64,000 nt of DNA. Source: Octopus sinensis. Taxonomy: Eukaryota. The translations under genes and the position numbers were made by a program. Below the pieces are notes generated by a model. That model was not told where the DNA came from, did not search any database, and saw nothing but the letters and a program-made list of their open reading frames with translations. This document shows, piece after piece, positions 14,445 to 27,402 of this stretch. How positions within the stretch are numbered: position 1 is the first letter of the stretch; each line of letters starts with the position of its first letter. The DNA is taken from the NCBI RefSeq assembly GCF_006345805.1, contig NW_021833026.1, positions 186,001-250,000 on the forward strand, read 5' to 3'.

Positions 14445-15140
14445 ATCCGCCTGTCAGCCATACTCAGGCTCCTGGCTGAATGTTCTCCCTTCTCCGCTTT
14501 TGGATACTGTCCTCGATAGGGATTCACTCCGTCTGGGTATCTGTAATCGCCTTGGACTCCCTGTCTGCAGACCTCATCCATGTCGTTGTGGGGATAAAGT
14601 TGACGCCTTTGGGCTACATCCTCTGTCTTGTCGAATGAGCGCCGGCCGATTTCCTCGGCACACCGAAATCAACAGTCTAATTCAGAAAGCTCTGGAAAGA
14701 GCTGGTTTCCCTCCTATTCTGGAACCGACGGGCCTTGTTTTTGAAGATGCAAAACGTCCGGACGGCTGTACGCTGTTCGCTTTTGAATCCGGGAAACAGC
14801 TCGTTTGGGACGTCACCTGTTCCGACTCCTTCGCCAAGGGTGCCTTAAATGCTACGGCTTGTCGACCCGGCTCGTCGGCCGAGAAGGCCGAATTTGCAAA
14901 ACTTTCGAAATATGTTGATTTACTCGATCGATTTTGCTTTTGGGTAATTGCTGTCGAAACCTCCTGTGTTTTTGGGGCCAAGACGCTTGCCCATCTCAAG
15001 AAACTTGGCCGCTTGTGCACCCACCGCTCCAGAGATCCGAGGGAATTTATATTCCTGATTCAGAGAATCTCGCTGGCTGTTTTACGCGGGAATTGTCTTT
15101 CAATCCTGCGAGCCAGTTCATAATAGCTAGTTTTTTTTTT
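14445..15140 (+). mobile_element. CRE-like retrotransposon copy 4, 3' endonuclease portion only
   Basis: CRCG..GLHPLSC..RFPRH, KRPDG, WDVTC, VETS, QRISLAVLRGN. Confidence 0.9.
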
Positions 15141-16889
15141 GATTTCGTTATTTTTTTAAATTAAATCATTTATCTCAGTTGTCTCTTCAGTAAAAGAATT
15201 CTGCATTAGGTCGTTAATTTCTAGAAAAATAGTATTCCTTTTGAATCAGTTTACAAAATAACAATTTATAAAAAAGTGTCTTTTCTCTGAATATTTGTGA
15301 GATCTTTCCATTTTGAGTTGTTGGTAAATATTTTCAAAGTTTTTAAAGATGTGAAATGAAGCAATTAAATTGAGATCTGACAAGTCAAAACTTGTTATTG
15401 TGGCGATTTAAATGAATTTAAGAAAAATAAGTATTGATTGTAAGAATGACTAGTTTTTGACCACGGCACTTGTTTTTGTTACCTAAAAGTAAAACGAAAA
15501 CAAACACTTAGTTAGTGGGACGAAAACATACTTATTTTTGCTGATAGTGTTGTGACAGTTGCTATCGAAATGCGACTCGTGGTTGAAACACTTTAAAATA
15601 GTTAGTTTGACGTTTCGTGTAATGTCGATATCAAGTATGTCATTATGATATAGAAACGTCAATTCAGATGGAACATTTAAAAAGATTAAAAATATATTCT
15701 CGTCGAAAAAACCCCAAAACAGAGATTTGTCCACAAAAAAGGACAGGCTCGGTAATCCTTGGGTAGTCAAAACATCACCGTTCAGCGAAAATCTCAATCT
15801 GATGACCAAAGCAGAACAGTCTCTAGAAAAATTAAAAGTCAACTTATCAGCCAGCAAAATGCATCTAACAAAAAATAACGATTTCTCTAAAAATGAGTTA
15901 TCCTGTATTAAAAATATATAAAAGAATCTTCAAACCAGACGAAATTTTCCAGAGTAGAACCAACAAAGAGAATTCCCATTTATTGAATAACAAGTATAGT
16001 TAGCCCCTATTTCCCACTCCTTTTACTATTTTTTTTTATTGGTTTAAATATTTACTCGGTTTTTCTATTCTTTGCTAGAGAACCCACTTTTGGAGGACAT
16101 CAAAAAATGAAAAAAGCTGATAAAACCACACAAAATAGAATCCACGCAAGCTGGCACAAATATAAGACCGAAAAAGAATTTGAACTCGAAGTTAAAGACA
16201 AATGTGGAGATCTTGTATGTTCTATGATCTAAGTTGGTCAGAATATTGAAAGAAGACGAGGTCACACCAGACAAATTAACAAAATCATAAACGAATCACT
16301 TGGTCTAGAAGACTCAGAGGACAGTTATGTTGACAGGAGAACGTCTGTTTCTGTATTTGAGTGCTGATATTGCAGTCTGTACAAACTTTCACTCATTGCT
16401 TGCAAGCCAATTCGGTGAGACGACTTTCCGAACGACTCGAGGAATTGTGTGAACGCTTAACAGTCATGATTTGGTCTCGATTTAGAGTCAATTATAGCCA
16501 TACGATGACAGTGGAACGTAAAGATTTTTACGGGAAAGTGACTACTCAGACAGCCAATGTGATTCTCAATTCGGTGACAGAAAAACTTAGATATTGTGAA
16601 TTTCTCTTAAAAAGTACATTTGATCACAAATAACCAAAAATAGATATTGAGAGAAAACTAATTATTAATGACAAACTATCAAATTCCACAGAATTCTCTG
16701 CGTGCCAACTCCCCTAACACTTACATTTATTGTTTGTCAATAAAATTGTTTTCTCAAACGGAGAAGGAAAACTACGTGTAGTACTGCTTTAATTATTAGT
16801 TTCACTTAATAACTAAAGTTAATATCATTATTTAGGAATAAAAAAATTAAATATTTTAAATTCAAATTATAAACACGAAGCTTTGTTTA

Positions 16890-18815
16890 ATGTTGGACCT
16901 GTTTTCGATATTCACCAAAGGAGGAATTGTATTACTCTGTATAAACAACAACCACGCAAAATTCGAGAAATCTATCAACAAAATGATAAAAAGTGCAATC
17001 ATTGAAGTATTTTACACAATTCCTCATTTTTCAGCAAAGAGTAGACCAATACAACTTTGAGCAGGACTCCCATTTATTTAAATTCCGCATTGACAATGAA
17101 CTAAACATAATCCATACAGTACCCCAACACCCTAACAGCACAGGCCGGCTACAGAAACGCACTAAACCTGCCTTTTGTGGACGTTCTGTTGGACGACGTC
17201 AAACTGAGGTTCGCCGAACAGTACAGAACGGAGATGGTTGGAAACACGTTTTGGAATGCCAATTTCGACCTGTTCAGAACGATATTTTCCCAACTTTATA
17301 AAAACAGAGAAGACGAGTACAAATCCACTCTAAGTGTGCCTCGGTGGGACTCCAATGTTTATAGAATAGGAAAATGCGGACATTTGAACAATCGGAAAAG
17401 TCGCAAAAAACGATTGCGTCCATAAAAAAGCCAATAAACCCCAAAAATGGTGTCCCCAATGGAAGGAACCACCTCAAAGTGCCCAAAATCTCAAAACCAG
17501 AACCCAAAAAGAAAAATAACCGGAAATGGGACGAATTTGACACGGAGGTGACTGACGGACAAGTCCTGGATTACAGCAAGGATCACGTAGAGTCGACTAT
17601 TCCTCTGTCCAACGTGGAGATTGGAGGAATGAAGGGGGAATTGGCCCCTTTGGACGTCTCTTCCGAGGAGGACAATGACAGAGGGAGTGTTCAGAACACC
17701 CCTTCTCTGTTCAATCGGATAATTTCGGCCTCCAAGGGTATTTTGGAGGGGAGGGCTGTGGAGGAGGACGACCTGACCCCAATCGTGAAGACAATGCACC
17801 GCCATCTGACTGGTCTGTCCACTCAAATCACCTTTAACAGGAAAGAATGTGGCTGTGGACGTCTGTGATAAAATATGTGAATCTGTCAAGTCTAATTTGG
17901 TCGGAAAGAGACTGTCCACGTTCACAAGTTGTGGGTTTTCTGTGAGTCTTAGCCATGAAGAGGGCCATGAAGGATGCCCTCTACGACTGCTGTGTACAGA
18001 TACTGACTCCAAACAGACGAATAGACGTCCTTCGGGATGTGTTGCAGAAAAAACAGGACATGAGGCCTCCATACTCAATCGTGTTTTGTGGGGTCAATGG
18101 AGTCGGCAAATCCACCAGTCTTTCCAAAGTGCTTTCTTATTTGAATTGGAGGTGTGTTTTTGGTTGATAGAGAATGGCTATCGTGTTATGATTGCTGCTT
18201 GTGATACATTCCGTTCAGGGGCAGTGGAACAACTACGTACTCACTATCGGAGGATGGCATCCCTCTATCCACCACAGGACATGGGAGATGGGGTCGAGGT
18301 CGAATGTGTCGCTCTCTACGAACGGGGATATGGTCGGGACGCTGATGGAATCGCTTGTGGGGCTATTTCTGAGGGTTTTGGGCTTTGGTCATTTTTAGCT
18401 CGTAGCCGCAACTTTGATGTCGTTTTGATAGACACTGCAGGGAGAATGCAGAACAATGAACCACTGATGAGGTCACTTTCGAAGGCAATGATAGTTTATT
18501 ACGTTGTAGTTGGTGCACTCCAATCAGCCGGACTTGCTCTTGTTCGTGGGAGAGGCGTTGGTGGGGAATGATGGAGTGGACCAACTGGTTAAATTCGACA
18601 AAGCCCTGCAACAGTTTTCGGGTGGTAGACGGCCTCGTCATATCGATGCTATATTTCTGACAAAGTTTGACACTGTGGATGATCAGGTCGGTGCTGCCCT
18701 CTCGATGACCTATGTGACTGGGCAGCCCATCTTGTTCGTCGGGAATGGACAGACTTACAAAGATTTGAAGAGATTGGATGCTCGTGCTGTTGCACACTCT
18801 TTATTAAAAAACTAA
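16890..18815 (+). CDS. SRPRA: Signal recognition particle receptor alpha subunit, multi-exon
   Basis: N-terminus [15 protein letters not shown] (SRX domain); [58 protein letters not shown]. Confidence 0.95.
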
Positions 18816-18869
18816 TAATTACTATTTAATCCTTTTTATTCTATTATATGGTTATTTAAATTTCACAAA

Positions 18870-19243
18870 TACGATCTGCTTGCAAACGAACTGTCGATTA
18901 AGCAAAAGTACAGATTATTCCAATTGTCCTGACATGGGATGGAGTTGTCTCAAAGTTCTATAAAAGTCACACGGATAAGTTATCAATTGGAGAAGGAACT
19001 AGTACATACATCCAGTCGGTTGTGCTAAAGAAGACGCTGGAAAGTATGCTCATTGAACACAGACACGGAGTGGAAGTAGACATTGAAGAGTACGCCTCTG
19101 CTGCCAATCAACTTGTGGAGCTGGCATGCCGGGAGGACACTCAGCTGAACAATTACTTTGACGCAGAAATGGAAAATGAAGAGAAATTTGTGGCAAACTC
19201 TTATTTCAAGCAAAGAGAAATCACTGACGATCTGGATTCTTAA
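18870..19243 (+). mobile_element. R4/Dong-like RLE retrotransposon 3' relic
   Basis: YDLLANEL, IIPIVLTWDGVVSK, TYIQSVVLKKTLES: C-terminal endonuclease region typical of R4/EhLINE-like elements. Confidence 0.65.
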
Positions 19244-19304
19244 TTAAATAATTCAAGATAGAATTTACATAATTGAGTCATAATAAAATTTTATTAAAGA
19301 GAAT

Positions 19305-19960
19305 TGTCCACACTGGGATAACGTACCTGATGCCTAAAAAATATGATTGGCAGACACCGGAAGACTTTCACTTTAAAAACTTGTTAATGAAAAATTTTCA
19401 GATATTGTGGATGTGTTTGGGATAATGTCTGATAACCAGCTAAAGACGAGGAAGCCGTTTCAAATGCTAAAAAACACGGCTTTATAAATTAATGCTTAAC
19501 AGAGAAACATGGAAATGATCTTACTCTGCCTGGCTTTCGATTATTTCGATCACGATTTCTTATTTCATTTATTGCATTTTTTGGATACTTCTTTGGATTA
19601 TAAATTTTATGAAAGGGATAGTCTGCAAGCAAAATGTAAAGAAAAATTGGCTTTGAAAAAATAGTCGGGAATTTTGTAGGGACATTTATTATCTTCACAA
19701 CTATTCCTGACGGTAATAGTTCCTTTAGGTAGGATCCATAACTTTATGCTTCTAAACTCTAAATTAATCTGGTGGATAAAAATATGTTGAAATATTCCAC
19801 AAATCATTTGCTCTAAAAAATGTTATTAAAATGATAGAAACGGTAGATGAATGGATTGGAGATAAATCTAAAAAGACAATAACAAATGTTAAATAATTAT
19901 GAAACTTTGGAAAAAGTAAATGGATATCGTTATTTGGGTGTACTTGAGATAAGTAAGTAA
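19305..19960 (+). mobile_element. R4/Dong-like reverse transcriptase relic, heavily degenerate
   Basis: Fragments TGITYLMPK, FDYFDHDFL, YSTNHLL, YRYLGVLE appear in RT order. Confidence 0.5.
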
Positions 19961-20029
19961 TTTTATAGATTTCATTCTTGATAATGTCACAAATGAATAT
20001 GTACACTCTATAAAATTACTGTCAACGTC

Positions 20030-21600
20030 GATAAAGGTTACCAATGGAGGAACCAAATTAAACGAACCTGGGAACAAAATTCAACCAAAGGGACTAGAAG
20101 AAATCGTGAAAGAAAACGGTGGAGACCTCAGGAAAAAAGTCCATGTTCTGGACCCCCGACCTCTTAGACCAGGGGTGTCAAACTCATTTCGCTTTGAGGG
20201 CCGCATTTATAATAATTTCTCATTAAGGGAATATTAGTTCTGATATTTATTATGATGAATAACCAAAATAAGAGAAACTAAATTATTCAATCATCGCCCC
20301 TTAATTTTGGTGAGAGCTGCTTCCAGAGGATTGACATCTTTTTTTAGATACAATTTTTGATATGTCAGGCTGAGCTATTCGTGTAGTTCCGACTTTTATT
20401 AAAGAGAATAAATGTTCATCAGTTAGTCCTGTTCTTTGAGCAGTTTTTGTGCTTTTCATAAATGAAAAAAGCTGTTCACACACATATGTCGAACCAAACA
20501 TACCAATGATTTTTGTTGCAAACTTTTTAAAGTTTTTAAACTTTCCAGAAAGATATGAAAAGAAAGCAGGTATTCCAACCTCCAAATATTTAGCTTTAAG
20601 TATAGAATCTGGTTGGATTTCCAATAGTTCCATTTGTAAACTTTCATCTGCATTGGAAACATTAAAAGAGAATGGTGATGCGAATAATGAAAATTGTTGT
20701 TCAAAAGACCAAAAATCATTAAATCTTTCTTGAAATTCCTTTAACAACGATTCTAGTTGTTTTTCATACTGAGAAAAATTCATTACATTATGTGCATCAA
20801 CAGTACTCCTGATCCAAGATTGGCTTTTCATTTCGTCTGTGTTTTGCCCTTTCATCTCCATAAATAAAATTATTTCCGATCTCAACAAATAAAATCTTTT
20901 AACAACTTTGTGAAGTGATAACCAGAGGACTGGAGTATAAAAAGGAATGTCGCTGAACTGTTTACTAAACTGCCGGTGGTTGAGGGGATGACCTCTGATA
21001 TAGTTTACTGTTTTCGTGACCAAACTAATGGTATTTTCCATTTTTAATATCTTTGAGCACAAATATTGCTGATGAATAATATAATGAAAATGAGCAAATG
21101 ATGACCCGGGATTTACCTTTTCTATTTCAGTTCGCAATTTAGCGGCAACGCCAGCATGTCGTCAACCATATTCGAAGCACCATCAGTGCATAAACATACA
21201 AACTTCTTCAAATCAAACCCATATTCAAAGAGAATTTGTAGTAGTTTTATAAAGTTATCTTTACTTCTCCGTTCATCTTTCAAGCACCGTTTCTTTTTTA
21301 TTCCAGAAGAAGCACGTGACATTAACAAACACGATTTATAAATACAATTAAAAAATTTAATTAAATGTAAAAAAAATAAAAATAATTTTTTGCATTTTAT
21401 ATCCATTAAATCAGACCGCACTTATGTTTGGCAAAGTACGCTGAGGGCCGCGGGCCGCATGTTTGACACCCCTGTCTTAGACGATGCGCTGTAGAACACA
21501 AAGAAAAGCTGCGAAGGTTTCTAAAAGATGCTGGGATCACCTGAAATAGTTAATTATGGTTATGAAGGTGTTTTTGCTCCTAAATAAATAAATAAATTAG
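20030..21600 (+). mobile_element. 3' fragment of 'GIT-end' LINE interrupted by hAT
   Basis: Removing the hAT joins LDPRPLR to RCAVEHKEKLRRFLKDAGIT*, homologous to the ends of the 12307 and 47630 ORFs; followed by a (TAAA)n tail. Confidence 0.65.
20170..21474 (-). mobile_element. hAT (SPIN/GTF2IRD2-Buster type) internally deleted transposon
   Basis: TIRs CAGGGGTGTCAAAC (20170) and GTTTGACACCCCTG (21461-21474); 8-bp TSD TCTTAGAC (20162-20169, 21475-21482); ORFs with LCTDGASNM, HYIIHQQYL, FGSTYVCEQLFS. Confidence 0.95.
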
Positions 21601-21609
21601 ACTAAAACT

Positions 21610-21950
21610 ATAACGATGTGACTGTTCCTATTTTATTACTGTCCCTCGACATTCAATTCTTATTCTCCAAGCATATTGACAATCTTCAACTAAACTATCG
21701 AGAAGATTAAATCTTTTAAAGGTCTTTTTTGGTTCATGCAGGGGAATACAACAACCATGGTTTAACACTATATACAAACAATATATCGAGCCTCTATTGG
21801 TTATGCCTGTGGTGTCTGGGGATCATATCTGGCCCAAAAAATTCTGTAAAGGATCTCGAACCTACAGGTATAACTGGAAAGTATATCTCCAGTTTCACTT
21901 AACGGCTTATAAAGACAACTGCTTTCGAAACACTTGTAAAAACGACGGGT
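21610..21950 (+). mobile_element. Additional degenerate 'GIT-end' LINE fragment
   Basis: YIEP.IGYACGVWGSYLA matches YIEPCISYVCASW (12307) and FIEPTIGYACAAW (47630). Confidence 0.5.
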
Positions 21951-21959
21951 GCTGAGTTC

Positions 21960-24485
21960 CATGTTAAAACATAATGGCAACTGCTCAGACCCTCAGATCC
22001 TCGCTGAATTAGAAGATGCGTCGGATCCCTAGCTGAATACTGTTCGAAATTTTTATGGCGATATCATTTATGTGTAAATTGATTGAGAATGTCCGGATTA
22101 TTATTAACACATTCCGTAGGAACATAAACAAAGTTATAATCCCACACGTGTCACAAGCGAAACAATCTTCCGGAAAATAAGTACCGGACGCAAATCTGGA
22201 ATGGTTTCTATCATTAATGTTTATGCCCCTCAAAGTGGTAGGATTGCCAAGAATCTCGACGAACTAGACTCCTTTTACAAGAAGCGAGCCAGGACACTCA
22301 CAAGCCTGGAGGATTCGTCCACTCTATTCATCGCGCGAGACTGGAATGCCAAAGTTGGCATCCGCTCTGGGGACGAGCAGTTTATTGGCAGATATGGCCG
22401 TGGGTACAGGAACTTTCCGGGCACTCTTCTGGTCCATTTCTGTGAGACCTTTTCACTATTTTTGTGTAACACGGCTTTCTGCCACGCTGCATGACATCGG
22501 ACCACATGGACTGGAAGTAGAACAAATGGGATCGGTGAAACTACATCAATCTACAACCAAATCGATTATATTTTTTGTCGACAGGCCGATAAGGCTGCCT
22601 TATTCGACTCCCGATCATATGGAGGATCTCGGGTTGACAGTGATCATAAAATGGTCGTTGGACGTTTCAACATCAAGAAACACCATGCGCCCCTCAACGC
22701 GCGAAGACTCCCATCTGCTACAAGAAAAAGATATCTCACGGAAAAACTGTTGTACTCCTCCCTCATCCGGGAAAACTATCAAAAATCATTGGAGAGCTAT
22801 ATCTCTTGTATAGGAACGGGTCTTTCTTGTATAATCCATTATGAATGGTATCCATACGGCTGCTGACGAGTACATCTGGAAGCAACCAAATAATAATCAG
22901 TCTGGGAGATGTTGCCACCCGGATGTTCGGGTGGTAATCGTTGAGCAAAAGGATCTAAAGTTCAGAATCGAAAACAAGAACGATCATAATAACAAACAGG
23001 CACTGAAGAGGGAACGTACCAGAATACAACGACTCATTAAGAAACTAAACCGTCAGCACGAAAACAACGACTCATTAAGAAACTAAACCATAGACACTCT
23101 GGAAACCTTTCTAAACGAAATCGAAGGGCTCAAGGACAGCGCACAAATGTTTCAGGCCATGCGTTTTCTCAAAAGAAGAAAACCCATTAAACTCAAAATT
23201 ACCGATGGCATAAGAAAAACCATTTACAAACCTGCTGAGCAAGCCGAAATAATTGCTGATCACTTCGAAAATCAATTTAATCTGAACACTGACAACATTG
23301 ACCCCTTTACTTGCATATCAGCACCTCTCAATAAGCCAATCGCAGTTGAGGAGGTCATCCAAGCTTCCAAGAAGCTTAAGAATTGTCGGGCAGCTGGACC
23401 TGACAATATCGCAACCAATGACCTACTCCCACTGGGCTCAGGCACACTCATCCCGATACAAAAAGCCAACAAAACCTCCGGTCCGGTGGAAAATCTCCGT
23501 CCTGTAATACTACTAAACACTCTGAGAAAACTTTTCTCACTCGTTACACTCGGTCGCATAACCCGAACTGTTAATGAATATCTCTCCCACAGTCACAGCG
23601 GATTCAGGGCTGGAAGATCCACAGCTGATATAGTCTGGAGTCACAGATGGCGCTGCGCTGTCCAGCAAAAATTCAAAAAAGCTACGGCTATCCTTGGTAT
23701 CGATATGTCAAAGGCTTTTGACTGTATTCGTCGTGATCTACTTTCTGGGGTTCTGGAAAGCTTCCTAGAAGTGGATGAAGTGAGAATGATATGATTACTA
23801 CTTGCTAAGACAGAACTTTCTGTTTGTATTAGGTCAGTCTCCTCCAGGCGGATCAAAACGAATGTCGGCACGCCTCAAGGAGATTCTCTCCCCCCTGCTA
23901 TTTGTAATCTATCTGAAAGTCGCCTTGAGAGATTTGAAAACTTTCTATAATGATTCTATCACCGAAATTGTATATGCCGACGATGTGGACTTTGCCTCGG
24001 ACAACATAGATGATCTAATTCATCTACTAAACAATTCCCCACGGGTGCTTAACAAATGGTTCCTGATAATTAATACTTCTAAAACTGAATTGACGGAGAT
24101 AAAACGAATGGACATCAGAATTGGTGAAACACTGAGAAACGTCAACAAACTCGGCTCCCTACTTGGAGACAGTGAAGATATTTCTCGCAGAAAGATGCTT
24201 GCTACCGCGGCTCTGAGCAGAATACGTAAAAAATGGCTCCAAGCTTGGCCGATAAATCGGGCCCTCAGATCAAGGCTATATAATGCATTCGTAAAGCCTG
24301 TTCTACTATATAACTCGTCAACATGGGGGATCTCGGACACTGAACTGAAGACTATAGACTCTTTTCACCGTAAACAACTACGTATCTTACACAAATACAC
24401 TGGCCATCAAAAATTAACAATATCGGGATTACCTAATTTTTTTTCTGGCTTTGACAATGTTCTTGGTTTAAATAAATTAAATTAA
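21960..24485 (+). mobile_element. RTE-like LINE (APE endonuclease + RT), frameshifted
   Basis: INVYAP, DWNAKVG, QIDYIF, DHKMV (APE); GPDNI, NLRPVILLN, GFRAGRST, IDMSKAFD, PQGDSLSP, YADD (RT). Confidence 0.88.
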
Positions 24486-25363
24486 TTACTGTTCCTATTC
24501 TATTAGGCAAGTTCTGTCTATCCGGACCTTAAAATTACTATAGCTCTGCGTAAGGGGATATAGTAATAATTATGCACTTTCACGATGGCATAGATCATGA
24601 CAAAGCTTGTGCAGCCAGGAAACAATAAGAGTTATTAGTTTGGCCCATTTCCCTCTATCTTGGCCGACATTAAGATCGTCCCCGTCTTTAAATTTTTTCC
24701 CCGCACTCCGAAGGTCTCTGTCTCTGTCCATATAAGGCTTTATTCTTTGTAATCAACACAAAAATGTAAAATGAAATAAAAAAATTTTTAAAATAGGCAG
24801 GTATCTGACTGGCTCTAACAAAAAATTAAGAACAAATCTGGCAGAAATTTTTATCAATGAAGACGGAAAATCAACAAAAATTCAAAATAGTGATGGTTTT
24901 AAATTAAGATTCTTCTTTGTTGAAAAAATAAACTGCAGAGTCAAACAGGTCTAATAAAAATCCAAAATAATACATTTTTAACTCCTTTTTAACTTGTCTA
25001 AAAGAGAAAAGTTTCGCATTGGACGGTAACAATTGGGCTAATTAATATTAAACCTTATGAATTTGCTGATTTCGATGACTAAATACGGCAAATCCTTAAA
25101 CACTCAGTATTTCTCAAATCATCTCAAAAAATTTGATCTAAATCTGAAAATTTCTGGGAAAGGACTTACCCATGTGAGAATAAAAATATTCTGAAAAGTT
25201 CAAAATAAAACGCGTGGATATTTGATTAAATGAGACTGTCCTAAAAGCTAGTACTTAAATATTTACAAATTGTTTATATTTACAAAATAAAGATATACAC
25301 ATTTTACTGGAATTAAATAACTAGCAAACACGAGAATACCAAAAAACACAACATAATAAAATC

Positions 25364-27116
25364 CTACAACAGTCCCTGCTTCTTCAAATCCTCATATGTC
25401 TTGCGAGTGACCACATTTCCCATCGAGTCCTCAAACTCCTCCTCAATCTCAGCCTTCCACCGATCCTTGTCCTTTTTAAGCTGTATCTTACCCCACACTG
25501 CAATTGAAAACCGAATAGTACGTTCAACCGCCTCGTTGATTTTAGTCACGTTTGCAAAATGGGACGAGTTAGGAATTCCAAGACACCGCATTCCGTGTGC
25601 ATGCCTCCACTCCTGCAATATAACAACTCCACAAACCGCAAAGTGCATTTGAAATGCTTTGGGCCCCTTATACACATAGTTTCCGCAAATCTCACACGTA
25701 TAACTCAGATTGAGTCCGTGGAGCTTATATAGCCAGTAGGGGATTGGCTTCCCGTCCCAACCGAGAGGGACGTTCTTCGGGTTGTATAGCCCTACTTCTG
25801 GCTCACAATCGTCGTCATCATCCACAACTTCTTCATGGTCTGATAGATCTTCCACCGCGTTGGACTGGGCTTGTTTTCGGTGGATGTTCTCGATCGTGGC
25901 AACTCGATGGTCTCCCAACTGCTCACACAACTCGTAGATCTGAGCCTCCACCCACGCAATCTCGGGAGGCTCATTCTCCCTGGTCCGACTGTCCATTCTC
26001 TGGTCTTTCGTCAACAGGGAGGTTGGGATCACATCTTTCCCTTTTATACTCATCAACCGGGCTGCCCTCTCTTTGACAGTCCTTACAATGAAAGGACACG
26101 AATACCCCCCACATTTGACTCCAATTGCTTTTAATGCCGACTTTAGTCTGTCTCCCCCAAGTGCCTCCAATTCTTCCACAGAGGAAAACTCATTCAGGTC
26201 AAGACGGGCTCCGGAGAACGAGAGTGCCCCAACAGTGCCTTTCTACCACTAAACCACTCTCCTCTACCTCCCATCCCGGGAACTTTTCTTCCTTCCAACT
26301 GACCTCAAACTGTCGCTGCGTGTTCTCAAACATCTACAACACAAAACAAGTCCAAACCTGAGCGTGGTCCACCAAAGGCTTAATCCTAAAGAGATATCCC
26401 TTCAGGTACTCCAGAAGTGTCGTAGAATACCTCAAATAGCCTCAAACAACCACAAACTGCTGGTACAACTTTCCCAGCTTTTTTTCTCTGGGAATGACAA
26501 AAAGTCGGTCAAATGTGCGAAGATATGTCACGTAGTCCACCACTTCGTGCAAATTGATGTACATATTGTGACATTCGTGCAAATCCAGGAATCGGCCAAA
26601 ACCCTCCTCGTCTGAGAAATTGACCAAATCTACGATCTCTCTCAAATCACTACTTTCCAAATCTCGTCCTCCGGTCATCTTTTCCATGTCTGCATAATCG
26701 GAAGAAGGAGGAATGTAGGTCTGAATGTGGGTCTGAATGTACCTTGTTGGGATTCTGTTTGTGGTAGTCCTTAATGAGTTTTAGGCGACGGTAGAACTCT
26801 GAAAACTCGTTGGGACAACTCACTGCCTTTCTTTCCTCCACTCGAGACCTGCCATTTAAAAGGGGCTCAATGACTTGTCGGCGTATAGTTCGGAAAGTTT
26901 GCTTGTTGTGTCGAAATATGACTAGAATATTGATATTGTGGATAACTTGGAGTAAAAGAGCTATTTTGTGGTCGGAGAGTATTTGGTCTTTAGCCTAAGG
27001 GAATTAGTAGTGGTTGATACGGATTTCTTTTCTTGCATCATCTCTTTAGCCATAGCTATGAAGGTACGTTCTCTTTCTTCGTGGTAAAGGCGTTGGGTTT
27101 CAAATACAGACTCCAT
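25364..27116 (-). CDS. SF3A3: Splicing factor 3A subunit 3 (Prp9/SAP61), multi-exon
   Basis: Start MESVFETQRLYHEERER; GRFLDLHECH; NPKNVPLGWDGKPIPYWLYKLHGL, CEICGN, HF.EWRHAHGMRCLGIP; ends TYEDLKKQGLL*. Confidence 0.96.
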
Positions 27117-27402
27117 TCCTGAAACGTGAAATGACACACGAAAACAGAAACGTTATTTAAATTATTTATTATACTTTTCTTTAAAATATATTAAATTGAA
27201 AATTTAAACTATGTGTTAATTGCAAATTCTAATCAAATATAATAAATTAAAGAATCTTTTGATTAAAAGAAGTGAAATAATGACTTTATTCTATAAAACA
27301 TTACATAAATTTATAATATTTGAAAAAATGTCAAAAAGCATGATTATTTAATTTTTTATAAAAAATATATTAAAATAATAATTAAATCAATAGTTGTAAT
27401 GA

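Noticed and set aside
15483-16633. Short ORFs upstream of SRPRA
   Set aside because: Low complexity and AT-rich, with no motif or consistent exon chain that I could support.
17090-17160. Integrase-like motif [13 protein letters not shown]
   Set aside because: It is a read-through of a short intron within the SRPRA N-terminal domain.
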